From NCBI GenBank assembly GCA_035552215.1, contig DASZLV010000166.1, forward strand, positions 11,306 through 75,305: a DNA stretch of 64,000 bases, written 5' to 3'. Within the stretch, counting starts at the first letter, position 1. Each line of letters opens with the position of its first letter. The notes below the pieces were generated by a model. The model saw nothing but the letters and a program-made list of their open reading frames with translations. It was not told the DNA's origin and searched no databases. Made by a program: the position numbers and the translations under genes. Below are positions 9,311 to 17,975 of this stretch, one piece after another. The stretch is from Solirubrobacteraceae bacterium (GTDB taxonomy: Bacteria; Actinomycetota; Thermoleophilia; Solirubrobacterales; Solirubrobacteraceae).

Positions 9311-10381
9311 CTACGCGCGTGCCGGACGTGGCGGCGTCGCTACGGCCCGACCGGCGAGGCGGTAGCTAAGCAGCCCTCGATCGTCCTGCTCGCGGACGAT
9401 CGCGCCAGCGGACCGCAGGTGACGGAGGTAGCAGATCGTCTCCGCCATCTGCCATACCCCCGCCCCGTCTGAATCCGGATCGCCGAATACCCGCCGCGTA
9501 AGTTCGTACGCCCCGCTCGAGCCGGTCTCGACGGCCGCGAGGGTCTCGGCCAGCCTTCGCGCCACTCCTTCGCGATGCTCGCCGATCGCTTGTGCGACGT
9601 TATCGAGCGGGCGCCCGTGTCCGGGCAGCGCGATCTCGAGATCAAGGCCTTCGAGCCGATCGAGTGCCGACAGGTACTCGGCGATCGGATCCTCCGAGTA
9701 TCCGTAGTCGTACCAAGGCACAAAGGCGGCGGACACCAGGTCACCGGTGATCGCGAGTCGTCGCTCGCGCTGATAGAGGATGACGTGCGAGGGACAGTGA
9801 CCTGGCGTCTCGATCACTTCAAAGTCGCCCAGGCTCGAGGGAAGCCGCGCCCCTTCGCCCAGCAGGTGGTCGGGCTCCACTGGCGCCAGGGCGCCTTCGG
9901 TCTCCTCGCGCACGTCCCGGTAGGAGGACAGGAGCCGCCGCGGGACCCCCTCGGCTCTGGCGCGCCGCTCGCGCGCGGCCGCGGTCCCATCGGGGTCGCG
10001 CATCGCGTCATAGAAATGATCGCTATTGGGGTGCATCCAGAAGCTGCAGCCGCTGCGCTCGATGACCCAGGCGGCCAATCCGACATGGTCGGAATGCGTG
10101 TGCGTGACCGCCAACGTGTGGACCTCGGCGACCGAGAAGCCCGCCGCGCTCACGGCGTTGGCGAGCAACTGCTCGCAGGTGGGATCGCCTGCTCCGCCGC
10201 AGTCGACGAGCAGGAGACCGTCGTCACACCTCACCGCATACGCATTGACGTGTCCCACTTCCTCGAAGGCCACGGGCAGCCGCAGGCGCCAGAGCCCGGG
10301 GACGATCTCATACGCGCGTGCACTCGAAGGATCGACTCTCCAGGTGGGGGGAGGCGGACCTACCACTGGCGATGGCGGCAC
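9311..10381 (-). CDS. MBL-fold metallo-hydrolase
   Basis: THTHSDH, TPGHCPSH, GD and PGHG motifs. Confidence 0.9.
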   Translation of the reverse strand: MPPSPVVGPPPPTWRVDPSSARAYEIVPGLWRLRLPVAFEEVGHVNAYAVRCDDGLLLVDCGGAGDPTCEQLLANAVSAAGFSVAEVHTLAVTHTHSDHVGLAAWVIERSGCSFWMHPNSDHFYDAMRDPDGTAAARERRARAEGVPRRLLSSYRDVREETEGALAPVEPDHLLGEGARLPSSLGDFEVIETPGHCPSHVILYQRERRLAITGDLVSAAFVPWYDYGYSEDPIAEYLSALDRLEGLDLEIALPGHGRPLDNVAQAIGEHREGVARRLAETLAAVETGSSGAYELTRRVFGDPDSDGAGVWQMAETICYLRHLRSAGAIVREQDDRGLLSYRLAGRAVATPPRPARA

Positions 10382-10396
10382 GTGGCCGCGGTGCGG

Positions 10397-11173
10397 TTAG
10401 ACCGGAATCTCAAGCCCGCCATGCAATTCGAGCACCTGCCCCGTGATGTAGTCGGCGTCCTCGGACACGAGAAAGGCCACAGCTCCGGCCACGTCCTCGG
10501 GCGTTCCGGCTCGGCCGAGCGGCACCTGCGCCTCAACCCGCGCGATCAACTCTGCCGGCTTTCCCGCCGTCAGTCGCGTGCCTGCGATCAGGCCTGGCGC
10601 GACCGCGTTGACATTGATGCGATATCGGGCCCACTCCCGGGCCAGCGTCTTCGTCAAGCCGATGAGCCCGGCTTTGGCCGCCGCGTAGTTGGCGGTTCCC
10701 GGGGCACCGTAGATGCCCACGCTCGAGCTCATGTTGACGACTTTACGATGGTGGCCGGGCGGCTGGTCACGTTGCCCTCTGAGCAGCGGCGACGCCGCGC
10801 GGCACATATAGAACGATCCCCAAAGTCCCACTTCCTGGACCACGCGCCAGTCGTCGTCGGACATCCGCTGCACCGGAGCGTCGCGAGTCACGCCGGCATT
10901 GTTGACGAGGATGTCGAGCGTTCCGTGAGTGGCCTCAATGCCGGCCACGATCTCGCGCACCGCGGTCGGGTCGCTGACGTTCCCGGGCGCCGCCGTGGCA
11001 TGGCCGCCACTCGAGACGATCGCTGCCACCGTGTCAGCGCCCGCAGCCGGATCGAGGTCATTGACGACCACGGCGGCACCCGCCGCGGCCAGTCTGACGG
11101 CGATGGCCCGGCCGATCCCGTTCCCCGCGCCGGTCACGACGGCGACTTGGCGATCGAGTCGACCCGCGCTCAT
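10397..11173 (-). CDS. SDR oxidoreductase, 3-oxoacyl reductase (FabG)-like
   Basis: TGAGNGIG, NNAGVTRD and NYAAAK motifs. Confidence 0.93.
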   Translation of the reverse strand: MSAGRLDRQVAVVTGAGNGIGRAIAVRLAAAGAAVVVNDLDPAAGADTVAAIVSSGGHATAAPGNVSDPTAVREIVAGIEATHGTLDILVNNAGVTRDAPVQRMSDDDWRVVQEVGLWGSFYMCRAASPLLRGQRDQPPGHHRKVVNMSSSVGIYGAPGTANYAAAKAGLIGLTKTLAREWARYRINVNAVAPGLIAGTRLTAGKPAELIARVEAQVPLGRAGTPEDVAGAVAFLVSEDADYITGQVLELHGGLEIPV

Positions 11174-11194
11174 CCCCGCAGGCTAGCGTATTCA

Positions 11195-11208
11195 AACAAT
11201 CATTTGGT
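11195..11208. promoter_or_regulatory. TetR operator AACAATCATTTGGT overlapping the TetR stop codon, upstream of SDR-MBL
   Basis: Degenerate motif match next to a TAGCCT -10 element on the minus strand (11180..11185). Confidence 0.65.
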
Positions 11209-11910
11209 CAAAAACTCGCTGCCCGACGCGGGAATGAACCCGGGGCCGCCGGTGATGCCGCCGATCGCATATTTGGCGCATACGTCGACCACCGTCTCCC
11301 GGCTCGCCCCCCCGCGAGGCTTGTACCAACGGTACGTCCAGATGATCGTCGCGAATACGCAGTTGCTCAAGAGCTTGGCGTCCACCGTCGGGTCAGCGAG
11401 CCCCTGTTCCTGAGCTTCGGCGATCAGTCGCGTGATGAAGCGGTCGTGCACCGCGCGCCGGTCGACGATGCGCTTGCGACGCAGATCGCTCAAGCGGTCG
11501 AGGTCGTCGTAGTAGATCGAGACTCGCTGCAGGTTCTCGAGGTTGTAGACGACCTGGCGGCGTACGTAGAGCTCGATCCGCTCCAGCGGATTGAGCCCCT
11601 CGACCGCGGCCACTGCCTCGAGTATCTCCTCTACGTCGCGGTGAGCCTCTTCGAGGAGCCAGAAGAGGAGATCCTCCTTGGTCCGGATGTAGTGGTACAG
11701 GCTCCCCTTGAGGATGCCGAGCTCGTCGGCCACGTCCTGTACCGAGGCGTCTGCGTAGCCTCGCTCGGCGAACACCTTGGCCGCGGCGCTCAAGACCTCT
11801 TCGTCGCGCTTCTTGCGCCGACGCTCGCGCGGCTTCGAACCGTCCCGTTCCGGCGTTGCCGGGGCGGTACGGCGCTTGGCTGACGCCTTTGTGGCCGGAG
11901 CCTTGGGCAT
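11200..11910 (-). CDS. TetR/AcrR family regulator (KstR2/PaaR-like C-terminal domain)
   Basis: HTH AAAKVFAERGYADASVQDVADELGILKGSLYHYIRTKEDLL and C-terminal WTYRWYKPRG; start trimmed to MPKAPATK. Confidence 0.95.
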   Translation of the reverse strand: MPKAPATKASAKRRTAPATPERDGSKPRERRRKKRDEEVLSAAAKVFAERGYADASVQDVADELGILKGSLYHYIRTKEDLLFWLLEEAHRDVEEILEAVAAVEGLNPLERIELYVRRQVVYNLENLQRVSIYYDDLDRLSDLRRKRIVDRRAVHDRFITRLIAEAQEQGLADPTVDAKLLSNCVFATIIWTYRWYKPRGGASRETVVDVCAKYAIGGITGGPGFIPASGSEFLTK

Positions 11911-11944
11911 CCGGGAATTGTCGCAAAGCGGACCGCGGTTCTCA

Positions 11945-11958
11945 ACCAAGCGTTTGGG
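11945..11958. promoter_or_regulatory. TetR operator ACCAAGCGTTTGGG, probable autoregulatory site
   Basis: Lies 35-48 bp upstream of the TetR ATG. Confidence 0.82.
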
Positions 11959-12131
11959 AACTTCCACCGAGCCCGCGCGCGCGTTACTATCATTCGAAGC
12001 GATCGTGGCGCCCGGCCGCAATCCGGTGTCTTAGGTTGCAAGGAAATGAGCGGAACGAGGTTGGCGGTCACACGCTTGGCCGTCAGATACGGACCGGCAC
12101 GCGCTGAGGGTCGCGGTTCGATATTTCGCTT

Positions 12132-12995
12132 ATGCACGGACAGTCTCAAGGTCAAGAGCCAGCCGAGTCCGCCTCGGTGCGGCTCGATGGTTCGCCTCGG
12201 TCGCTCGCGGGAAGAGCCGCGATCGTCACGGGCGCGAGTCGCGGCATCGGACGTGGGATAGCGCTCGAGCTCGGCGCCAGCGGGGCCAGCGTCGCGGTTG
12301 GCTTTCGCCGCGACACCCGAGCCGCCAGCGAGACCGTCTCCGCCATTCGAGCCGCGGGCGGTCGCGCGATCGCCGTCCAGGCGAGCATGTCCGACCCGGG
12401 CGACGTGGACGCGCTGGCCGAGGCAGCGCTGTCTGAGTTCGGCTATGTCGACATCGTCGTCAACAGCGCCGGTGACGGCGGCCGTGGACTTGGCGTAGCC
12501 GACACCTATCCAGCTGAGCTGCGCCGCCTGATGACGATCTACGCCTTCAGCGCGGCGCGTCTCGCCCAGATCCTCCTTCCCCAGATGCGCGCCCGGCCCC
12601 GCGCCGACATCGTGATGATCTCGAGCTCCGAGCTTCGCGATCGGGCGGTCGGCGACGCCGGCTACCGGATGGCGATCGCCGCCCTGGAAGCGCTCGCCGT
12701 CGCGCTGGCCGACGAGGAGAGCCGCCACGGGGTCCGCGTCAACATCCTCGCCCCGGGCCTGGTGGCGACCGAGAACGGGCTCCGCCGCGCTCGTTCCGAA
12801 CTCGGAACCGCGGATATCCCGACCCTCGAGGCGACTCATCCCCTGGGCAGGCTGCCCCGTCCCGCCGACCTCGCCCGCGTCGTGAGGTTCCTCGTCTCCG
12901 ACGAAGCAGGTTTCGTGACCGGGCAGCGCATCGTCATCGGCGGTGGCGCTTATGCGCCGGTACTGGTGGGGACACCCGAGGCCGTCCGCATCTAG
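12132..12995 (+). CDS. SDR family protein, paralogue of 8527..9303 with an altered catalytic motif
   Basis: TGASRGIG present; YRMAI in place of YxxxK. Confidence 0.85.
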   Translation: MHGQSQGQEPAESASVRLDGSPRSLAGRAAIVTGASRGIGRGIALELGASGASVAVGFRRDTRAASETVSAIRAAGGRAIAVQASMSDPGDVDALAEAALSEFGYVDIVVNSAGDGGRGLGVADTYPAELRRLMTIYAFSAARLAQILLPQMRARPRADIVMISSSELRDRAVGDAGYRMAIAALEALAVALADEESRHGVRVNILAPGLVATENGLRRARSELGTADIPTLEATHPLGRLPRPADLARVVRFLVSDEAGFVTGQRIVIGGGAYAPVLVGTPEAVRI

Positions 12996-13013
12996 GTCGA
13001 GCCTTCTCGCAGC

Positions 13014-13520
13014 TCAGACGCGGCCCGGGCGCTCATAGAGCTCAACGTGATAGCCATCCGGGTCGATCAGGTAGACGGCTTTAGCACCTGCGTGGGGTCC
13101 TCCGGAGATCGTCACGGGGCCACCGCTGCGCGAGCTGAAACCGTGCGTGACCGCCCGCTCATGGACGGCCGCGGCGTCATCGACGTACACACAGAAGTGG
13201 CCGCCGCCATAGTCACACGGGCGAGCAGAGGCCGAGTGCTGCTCGATGCCTGAGAACTCGAAGAGCTCGACCATGACGTCGCTGTCGGGAACGCGCAGGA
13301 AAGCGACCTTGGCCTGACCGGGCGCGACATCGAAGTTCCAGATCTGCGATGCCTCAGGTCCGCCGGTGGGGCCGAGCGAGATAAGGTCGAACCCGAGCGC
13401 GTCCCGGTAGAAACGCAGCGCAGTTTCCATGTCTCGCACCGTCACGCTGGCGTGGAAGAACCCCGTTACGCGGCCAGGGGACCGTGCGCCGGCGGCCTGT
13501 GTGTCGGGTGTAGCGTTCAT
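13014..13520 (-). CDS. VOC family protein
   Basis: HASVTVRD, VELFEF, HFCVYVDD and DPDGYHVELYE motifs. Confidence 0.88.
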   Translation of the reverse strand: MNATPDTQAAGARSPGRVTGFFHASVTVRDMETALRFYRDALGFDLISLGPTGGPEASQIWNFDVAPGQAKVAFLRVPDSDVMVELFEFSGIEQHSASARPCDYGGGHFCVYVDDAAAVHERAVTHGFSSRSGGPVTISGGPHAGAKAVYLIDPDGYHVELYERPGRV

Positions 13521-14891
13521 TCAGTAGCGCACCGTGTCGGCGAAGAAGGGCAGGCGCTTACCGAGTACGGCCTCGGCAGCAGTGATCCCCGAGCGCGCGG
13601 CCTTGTCGATCCCGATCCCGCGCGCTCGTGTCGTGTCTCCGGTCAACCACACGCCCTCGAGGCCGCGCACATACGTGTCAGGCCGGATCGACCCGACCAG
13701 GCCCGGCTTGCAGATCACCCCGTACGTGGTAACGAGATGCGGCTTCTTCCAGAGTGCGTGCTTGGCAGCCGGCAGCATCTCCTCGATGTCCAGCCACAGC
13801 TTCTTGAACATCGTGTCGTACCACTTGCGGTCGCCGAAGTGCTCTGTCGCGTCGAAGGCGGCGCCGAAGCAGGTCAGATACTCACCCGGAGGAGAGATGC
13901 TCGGGTCATAGCCGGTGAAGTTGAGGGTAAACCCCGGCATGCCGGTGCGGGGCGTAGCAAAGAACGACGCCATCTCGCGCTCGCTCGAGGCGATGACCGG
14001 CTCCTTTGCCGCGATCCAATAGCCGAGCCAACAGGCCTTGTTGCGGTTATTCGCGAGCAGCTTGATGCGCTGCTGGAGATCCCACGGTAGGACATCGTCA
14101 TCGAACAGCTTGGGTAGATCCCAGACCGGAGCGTTGATAACGACCTCATCGGCCTCGATCAAGTCCGTCGGCTCGTCTCCGTTGCCCTTGCCGCGTAGCT
14201 GAACGCCCTTCACCTGACGATCCTCTACCACGACACGCTCGACCGTCTCCGGCTGAAGCACGGTTCCACCCATCGCCTTGAACGAGTCGGCCATCTCGTT
14301 CCACAGCTTCTCCCAACCCCCGATCGGCCAAAACGAGTAACCAGCGGTGCGCTTCTTCTCGTAATGCAGCTTGCGCGTGTAGAGGTTCTCAGAGGCCGAA
14401 TGCTCCCACCACCGGAAGGTGATCTGCTCGAGCACGGAAATCGCCTCCCAGACCAAGAACACGCCCTCGTCGCTCGTGTACTGCCCCATCCATTCCCGCA
14501 GCGAAGCATGGTCCCAGTTATCCAGTTCGCTGTAATCGGTCCCCGTCACGGCCTCGATGCAGCGCTTCAATCCCTGCTTCGCCGAACCTCCGTAGAACTC
14601 TTGAATCGGCTTCCAGCCGTCGCGATCCCAGAACGGCATCGAATCGCTTCGCTCGCTGTGCTCCATCATGACGCCGATGTACTCACACGCCCTGGTGAGG
14701 CTGTCCCCGGGATCCTCGACCAGGTGCGACCCGAGACCGATCTCGTGCCCACGGTGACGATGAGACATGGCACGGCCTCCTAGATACGGATGTGCCTCCA
14801 CGATCGCCACGCGCTTGCCCTCCTTGGCCAGCAACGAACCCGCGACCAAGCCCGCCGCACCAGCACCGATGACAACGACATCGAACTTCAT
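13521..14891 (-). CDS. FAD-dependent oxidoreductase, phytoene dehydrogenase-like
   Basis: DVVVIGAGAAG...E...GGR N-terminal FAD motif and C-terminal WLTGD; start trimmed to MKFDVVV. Confidence 0.85.
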   Translation of the reverse strand: MKFDVVVIGAGAAGLVAGSLLAKEGKRVAIVEAHPYLGGRAMSHRHRGHEIGLGSHLVEDPGDSLTRACEYIGVMMEHSERSDSMPFWDRDGWKPIQEFYGGSAKQGLKRCIEAVTGTDYSELDNWDHASLREWMGQYTSDEGVFLVWEAISVLEQITFRWWEHSASENLYTRKLHYEKKRTAGYSFWPIGGWEKLWNEMADSFKAMGGTVLQPETVERVVVEDRQVKGVQLRGKGNGDEPTDLIEADEVVINAPVWDLPKLFDDDVLPWDLQQRIKLLANNRNKACWLGYWIAAKEPVIASSEREMASFFATPRTGMPGFTLNFTGYDPSISPPGEYLTCFGAAFDATEHFGDRKWYDTMFKKLWLDIEEMLPAAKHALWKKPHLVTTYGVICKPGLVGSIRPDTYVRGLEGVWLTGDTTRARGIGIDKAARSGITAAEAVLGKRLPFFADTVRY

Positions 14892-16471
14892 CACTCTCCC
14901 CCTAGAACCGTCGTGGTGGCGTGCTGCGCGTATTGATCGCGGAGGATTCGCTTGTAGAGCTTGCCCGTCGGATGACGAGGAAGCTCGTCGACGAAATCGA
15001 CCGAGCGCGGGCACTTGTATTTCGCCAGGCGGCCCTGGCAGAAGGCGATCAATTCTGCTTCGACTTCGACCAGTGGACGATCGCTGTCGACGATCTCGAC
15101 AACCGCCTTCACCTCCTCCCCAAGCTCGTCGTGGGGGATCCCGAATACGGCGGCGTCGGCGACCAGCGGATGCTCGATCAGGGCGTTCTCGGCTTCCTGA
15201 GGATAGATGTTCACGCCGCCGGAGATGATCATGTCCACCCTACGGTCGGTCAGGTAGACGTAGCCATGCTCGTCGACATAACCCACGTCGCCGACCGTCG
15301 TCCAGCCGCTCTCGTTGCGGGCCTCGGCGGTCTTCTCGGGGGCGCTGTGGTACTCGAACTGCGGTCCCCCTTCTGACCACAGCGTCCCTGCTTCCCCAGG
15401 CGCGAGCTCGTTGCCCTCGTCATCGAGGACGTGCGGCGTACCCACCAGCGCCCGCCCCACCGAGCCTCGATGCGCGAGCCACTCCTCCGAGTCGATCGCG
15501 GTCAAGAGGTAGATCTCCGTGGCCGAGTAGTACTCGTAGACGATCGGCCCGAGCCAGTCGATCATGCGCGCCTTGATCTCCGCCGGGCAGGGGGCCGCGG
15601 CGTGGATCACGGCACGAAGCGATGACAGGTCCCAGCGCCGCCGCTCTTCCTCGGAGAGCCGGAGCAGGCGGACGAACATCGTCGGAACCATTTGCACGTG
15701 GGTCACGCCATACCGTTCGATGAGCGCCAGCGCTTGCGCTGGTTCGAACCTGTCCATCACGATGCTGGTGCCCCCGAGCCGCTGGACTGCCATGTTGAAG
15801 CGGAGCGGCGCGGAGTGATAGAGCGGCGCCGGCGAGAGGTAGACGGTGTCGGTGCCGAAGCCGTAGAGGCGCTCGAACAAAGGGACGATCGGCGGAGCAG
15901 TACCGATCGGATTCAGCGGCAGCTCCGTCTTGATCGCCTTTGGCCGTCCGGTCGTGCCCGAGGAGTACAGGAAGTCGACTCCTTCGGCCTCATCCTCGAG
16001 CGGGAACGGCGCCTGGGCCGACAGCAGGTCCTCGTAGTGCTCGGTCCCCGGGGTCACCTTGTCGACGACGATCGGCAAGGTGGGCATCTCGGCGCTCGCG
16101 CTCGCCGCGCGCGCGGCCCCGGCTGTCGCCAGGCTCGCGAAGAGAAGCCGCGCTCCCGAGTCCTGAAGTATGTAGTCGATCTCGTCGACGGTCAGGCGCG
16201 ATGAGATCGCGGTGTAGCGCAAGCCCGCCCGCTGCGCCGCCCAGGCGAGCTCGAAGAATCGCACATGATTCTCCATCAGGATGGCGATGCAGCTCCCGCG
16301 TTCGGCACCGAGCGACCGCATCAGGCGAGCGGCGCGGCGCGACCGGTCCACCAACTCGCCGTAGGACACCGACTTTCCTGTCCCGGCCATGACATAGGCA
16401 GCCTTGTCGCGATCCTCCCCCGCGTGGTCGTCGAGAAAGCGATGGATGGACACGCCGGATTCCTCTGGCAT
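14891..16471 (-). CDS. acyl-CoA synthetase (AMP-binding)
   Basis: YSSGTTGRPK, YYSATE, GD, DMIISGGVNIYP and PTGKL motifs. Confidence 0.93.
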   Translation of the reverse strand: MPEESGVSIHRFLDDHAGEDRDKAAYVMAGTGKSVSYGELVDRSRRAARLMRSLGAERGSCIAILMENHVRFFELAWAAQRAGLRYTAISSRLTVDEIDYILQDSGARLLFASLATAGAARAASASAEMPTLPIVVDKVTPGTEHYEDLLSAQAPFPLEDEAEGVDFLYSSGTTGRPKAIKTELPLNPIGTAPPIVPLFERLYGFGTDTVYLSPAPLYHSAPLRFNMAVQRLGGTSIVMDRFEPAQALALIERYGVTHVQMVPTMFVRLLRLSEEERRRWDLSSLRAVIHAAAPCPAEIKARMIDWLGPIVYEYYSATEIYLLTAIDSEEWLAHRGSVGRALVGTPHVLDDEGNELAPGEAGTLWSEGGPQFEYHSAPEKTAEARNESGWTTVGDVGYVDEHGYVYLTDRRVDMIISGGVNIYPQEAENALIEHPLVADAAVFGIPHDELGEEVKAVVEIVDSDRPLVEVEAELIAFCQGRLAKYKCPRSVDFVDELPRHPTGKLYKRILRDQYAQHATTTVLGGE

Positions 16472-16487
16472 CGCCCGCACGTTATCA

Positions 16488-16505
16488 AACAAACAGTTGA
16501 TTGGT
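16488..16505. promoter_or_regulatory. degenerate double TetR operator AACAAACAGTTGATTGGT
   Basis: AT-rich motif-like site just upstream of the ligase. Confidence 0.6.
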
Positions 16506-16513
16506 CGGACTCC

Positions 16514-17590
16514 TTACCAGCGGCACGCGGCGGGGATGGCGGGATGGTCAGGGGCCGCCGGATACTTCCGGTGGATCGGCTTGACGACCTCCTCGCCGAA
16601 GCGCTGGATCTGCTCGCGCGTCTTCTCCAGCGATGGGCCGGGAGTCAAGCGAGCGCAGATCACCACGTAGTCGACGCCGAACTCCTCGTGGTAGCGCTCG
16701 AGTTGCTCGACGCAGCGAGACGGCGTGCCCATGATCAGATGCGGCCCCACGCTCCGCGCGGTGATGTCGGCCTCGTCCTGAAAGTCCGGATGGTGGGTGA
16801 AGATCCCCTGGCGGTGATAGAAGCGAGCCTCACGCGCGAACAGGCTCCCGAACTCATCGGCGGCTTCTTCGAAGCTATCGGCTACCCAGCCGTCGCGCAT
16901 GAGCACGATGAAGGGCTTCTTGCCCAGCTCGGTCGCACGCTCGCGGTAGGCGCTCGATTGCTCTTTCCAGACCGCGGGGTCGAGCGGAAGGGGATCGCAT
17001 GTCCAGCACTCGGCGTACTCCGCGCAGCGTCGAATCGCGGCCATGACGGCGTTGCCGCCTCCCCAGATCGGCCAGCCGCCCTGCTGGTGCGGGGCGGGCG
17101 CCAGGAGACCCTGCTCGACCTGCCAATACTTGCCAGGGAAGTCGAAGCGCTCGCCCTTGAAGGCCTCCCTCCAGACGCGGATCGTTTCCTGGAAGCGCCC
17201 GAGCATGTGTTCCTGGGGGATTCCGAACTGTCCCCAGAAGAGCGGGAAGAAGCCACGGGAGATCGTCGTGAACAGCCGGCCACGAGAGAGGTTGTCGATC
17301 ACCGAGAATTGCTCGGCCGCCTTCATCGGGTGAACGAGAGTGCCGATGAAGGTGAAGCTGCCGATGGCCACGCGCTCCGTCTCCCGCGCCAGGATCGTGA
17401 GCAGCTGCTCCGGACCTGGGAAGTAGCACTCTCTGCGCGCGTGACGGTCAGGGATCTGGATCGAGTGGAAGCCGGCCTGCTCGGCCAGGATCCCTTCCTC
17501 GATCATCGCCTCCATCGTCTCGTACGCGGGTGGTGTGCCGTCCGAGCTCGCGCCACCTTTGTGAACATCGATCAGGTAGCCGACTCTCAC
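16514..17590 (-). CDS. LLM class flavin/F420-dependent oxidoreductase
   Basis: AEQAGFHSIQIPDRH, HPMKAAEQ, IDNLSRGR and PIWGGG motifs. Confidence 0.9.
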   Translation of the reverse strand: MRVGYLIDVHKGGASSDGTPPAYETMEAMIEEGILAEQAGFHSIQIPDRHARRECYFPGPEQLLTILARETERVAIGSFTFIGTLVHPMKAAEQFSVIDNLSRGRLFTTISRGFFPLFWGQFGIPQEHMLGRFQETIRVWREAFKGERFDFPGKYWQVEQGLLAPAPHQQGGWPIWGGGNAVMAAIRRCAEYAECWTCDPLPLDPAVWKEQSSAYRERATELGKKPFIVLMRDGWVADSFEEAADEFGSLFAREARFYHRQGIFTHHPDFQDEADITARSVGPHLIMGTPSRCVEQLERYHEEFGVDYVVICARLTPGPSLEKTREQIQRFGEEVVKPIHRKYPAAPDHPAIPAACRW

Positions 17591-17606
17591 CCCGACAACA
17601 CTCTAT

Positions 17607-17620
17607 AACCACCGTTTGGT
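17607..17620. promoter_or_regulatory. TetR operator AACCACCGTTTGGT upstream of LLM
   Basis: Motif match in a 67-bp gap. Confidence 0.72.
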
Positions 17621-17657
17621 CGCACAGCTGGACGCGGACGTACCGACCGGCCGCCAA

Positions 17658-17873
17658 TCAGTCGCCGGATTCGTACTTGAACGAGATCCCGAGCCGGACC
17701 CGGTAACCGGAGATCTGCCCGTTCTCGATCGTCACGTCCTGGCGAATGACCTCGGCGATCCGCAGCTCACGCACGGTCTTCCCGGCGGCCTCGACGGCAT
17801 TGCGCGCGGCCGCCTCCCATGACTCACTGCTCGTCCCGATCACCTCGGTTACCCGATATACGCTCTCGCTCAT
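17658..17873 (-). CDS. dodecin family flavin-binding protein
   Basis: 71 aa; SVYRVTEVIGTSSESWEAAARNAVEAAGKTVRELR...YRVRLGISFKYE. Confidence 0.9.
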   Translation of the reverse strand: MSESVYRVTEVIGTSSESWEAAARNAVEAAGKTVRELRIAEVIRQDVTIENGQISGYRVRLGISFKYESGD

Positions 17874-17904
17874 ACTCTCCGCCCTTTCCCGAACCTATTC
17901 ACCA

Positions 17905-17918
17905 ACCAATCGCTTGGT
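17905..17918. promoter_or_regulatory. TetR operator ACCAATCGCTTGGT upstream of dodecin
   Basis: Extended palindrome CAACCAATCGCTTGGTTG. Confidence 0.88.
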
Positions 17919-17975
17919 TGACCGTACCAGCGCTTGACCACGGCGTCAACAGCCGTGATGAGCTCGGAGTGAGGC

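Noticed and set aside
9575-11413. Long antisense or alternative-frame ORFs (also 37630..39666, 18555..19907, 16265..17608, 56187..57497, 61973..63946, 62710..63978)
   Set aside because: Shadow ORFs typical of high-GC DNA; they overlap genes with clear motifs and carry no recognisable motifs themselves.
195-11958. Calling the cluster the canonical KstR2 (steroid C/D-ring) or paa regulon
   Set aside because: No recognisable IpdAB CoA-transferase-like pair or PaaABCDE epoxidase genes in the window; only the operator and regulator type are similar.
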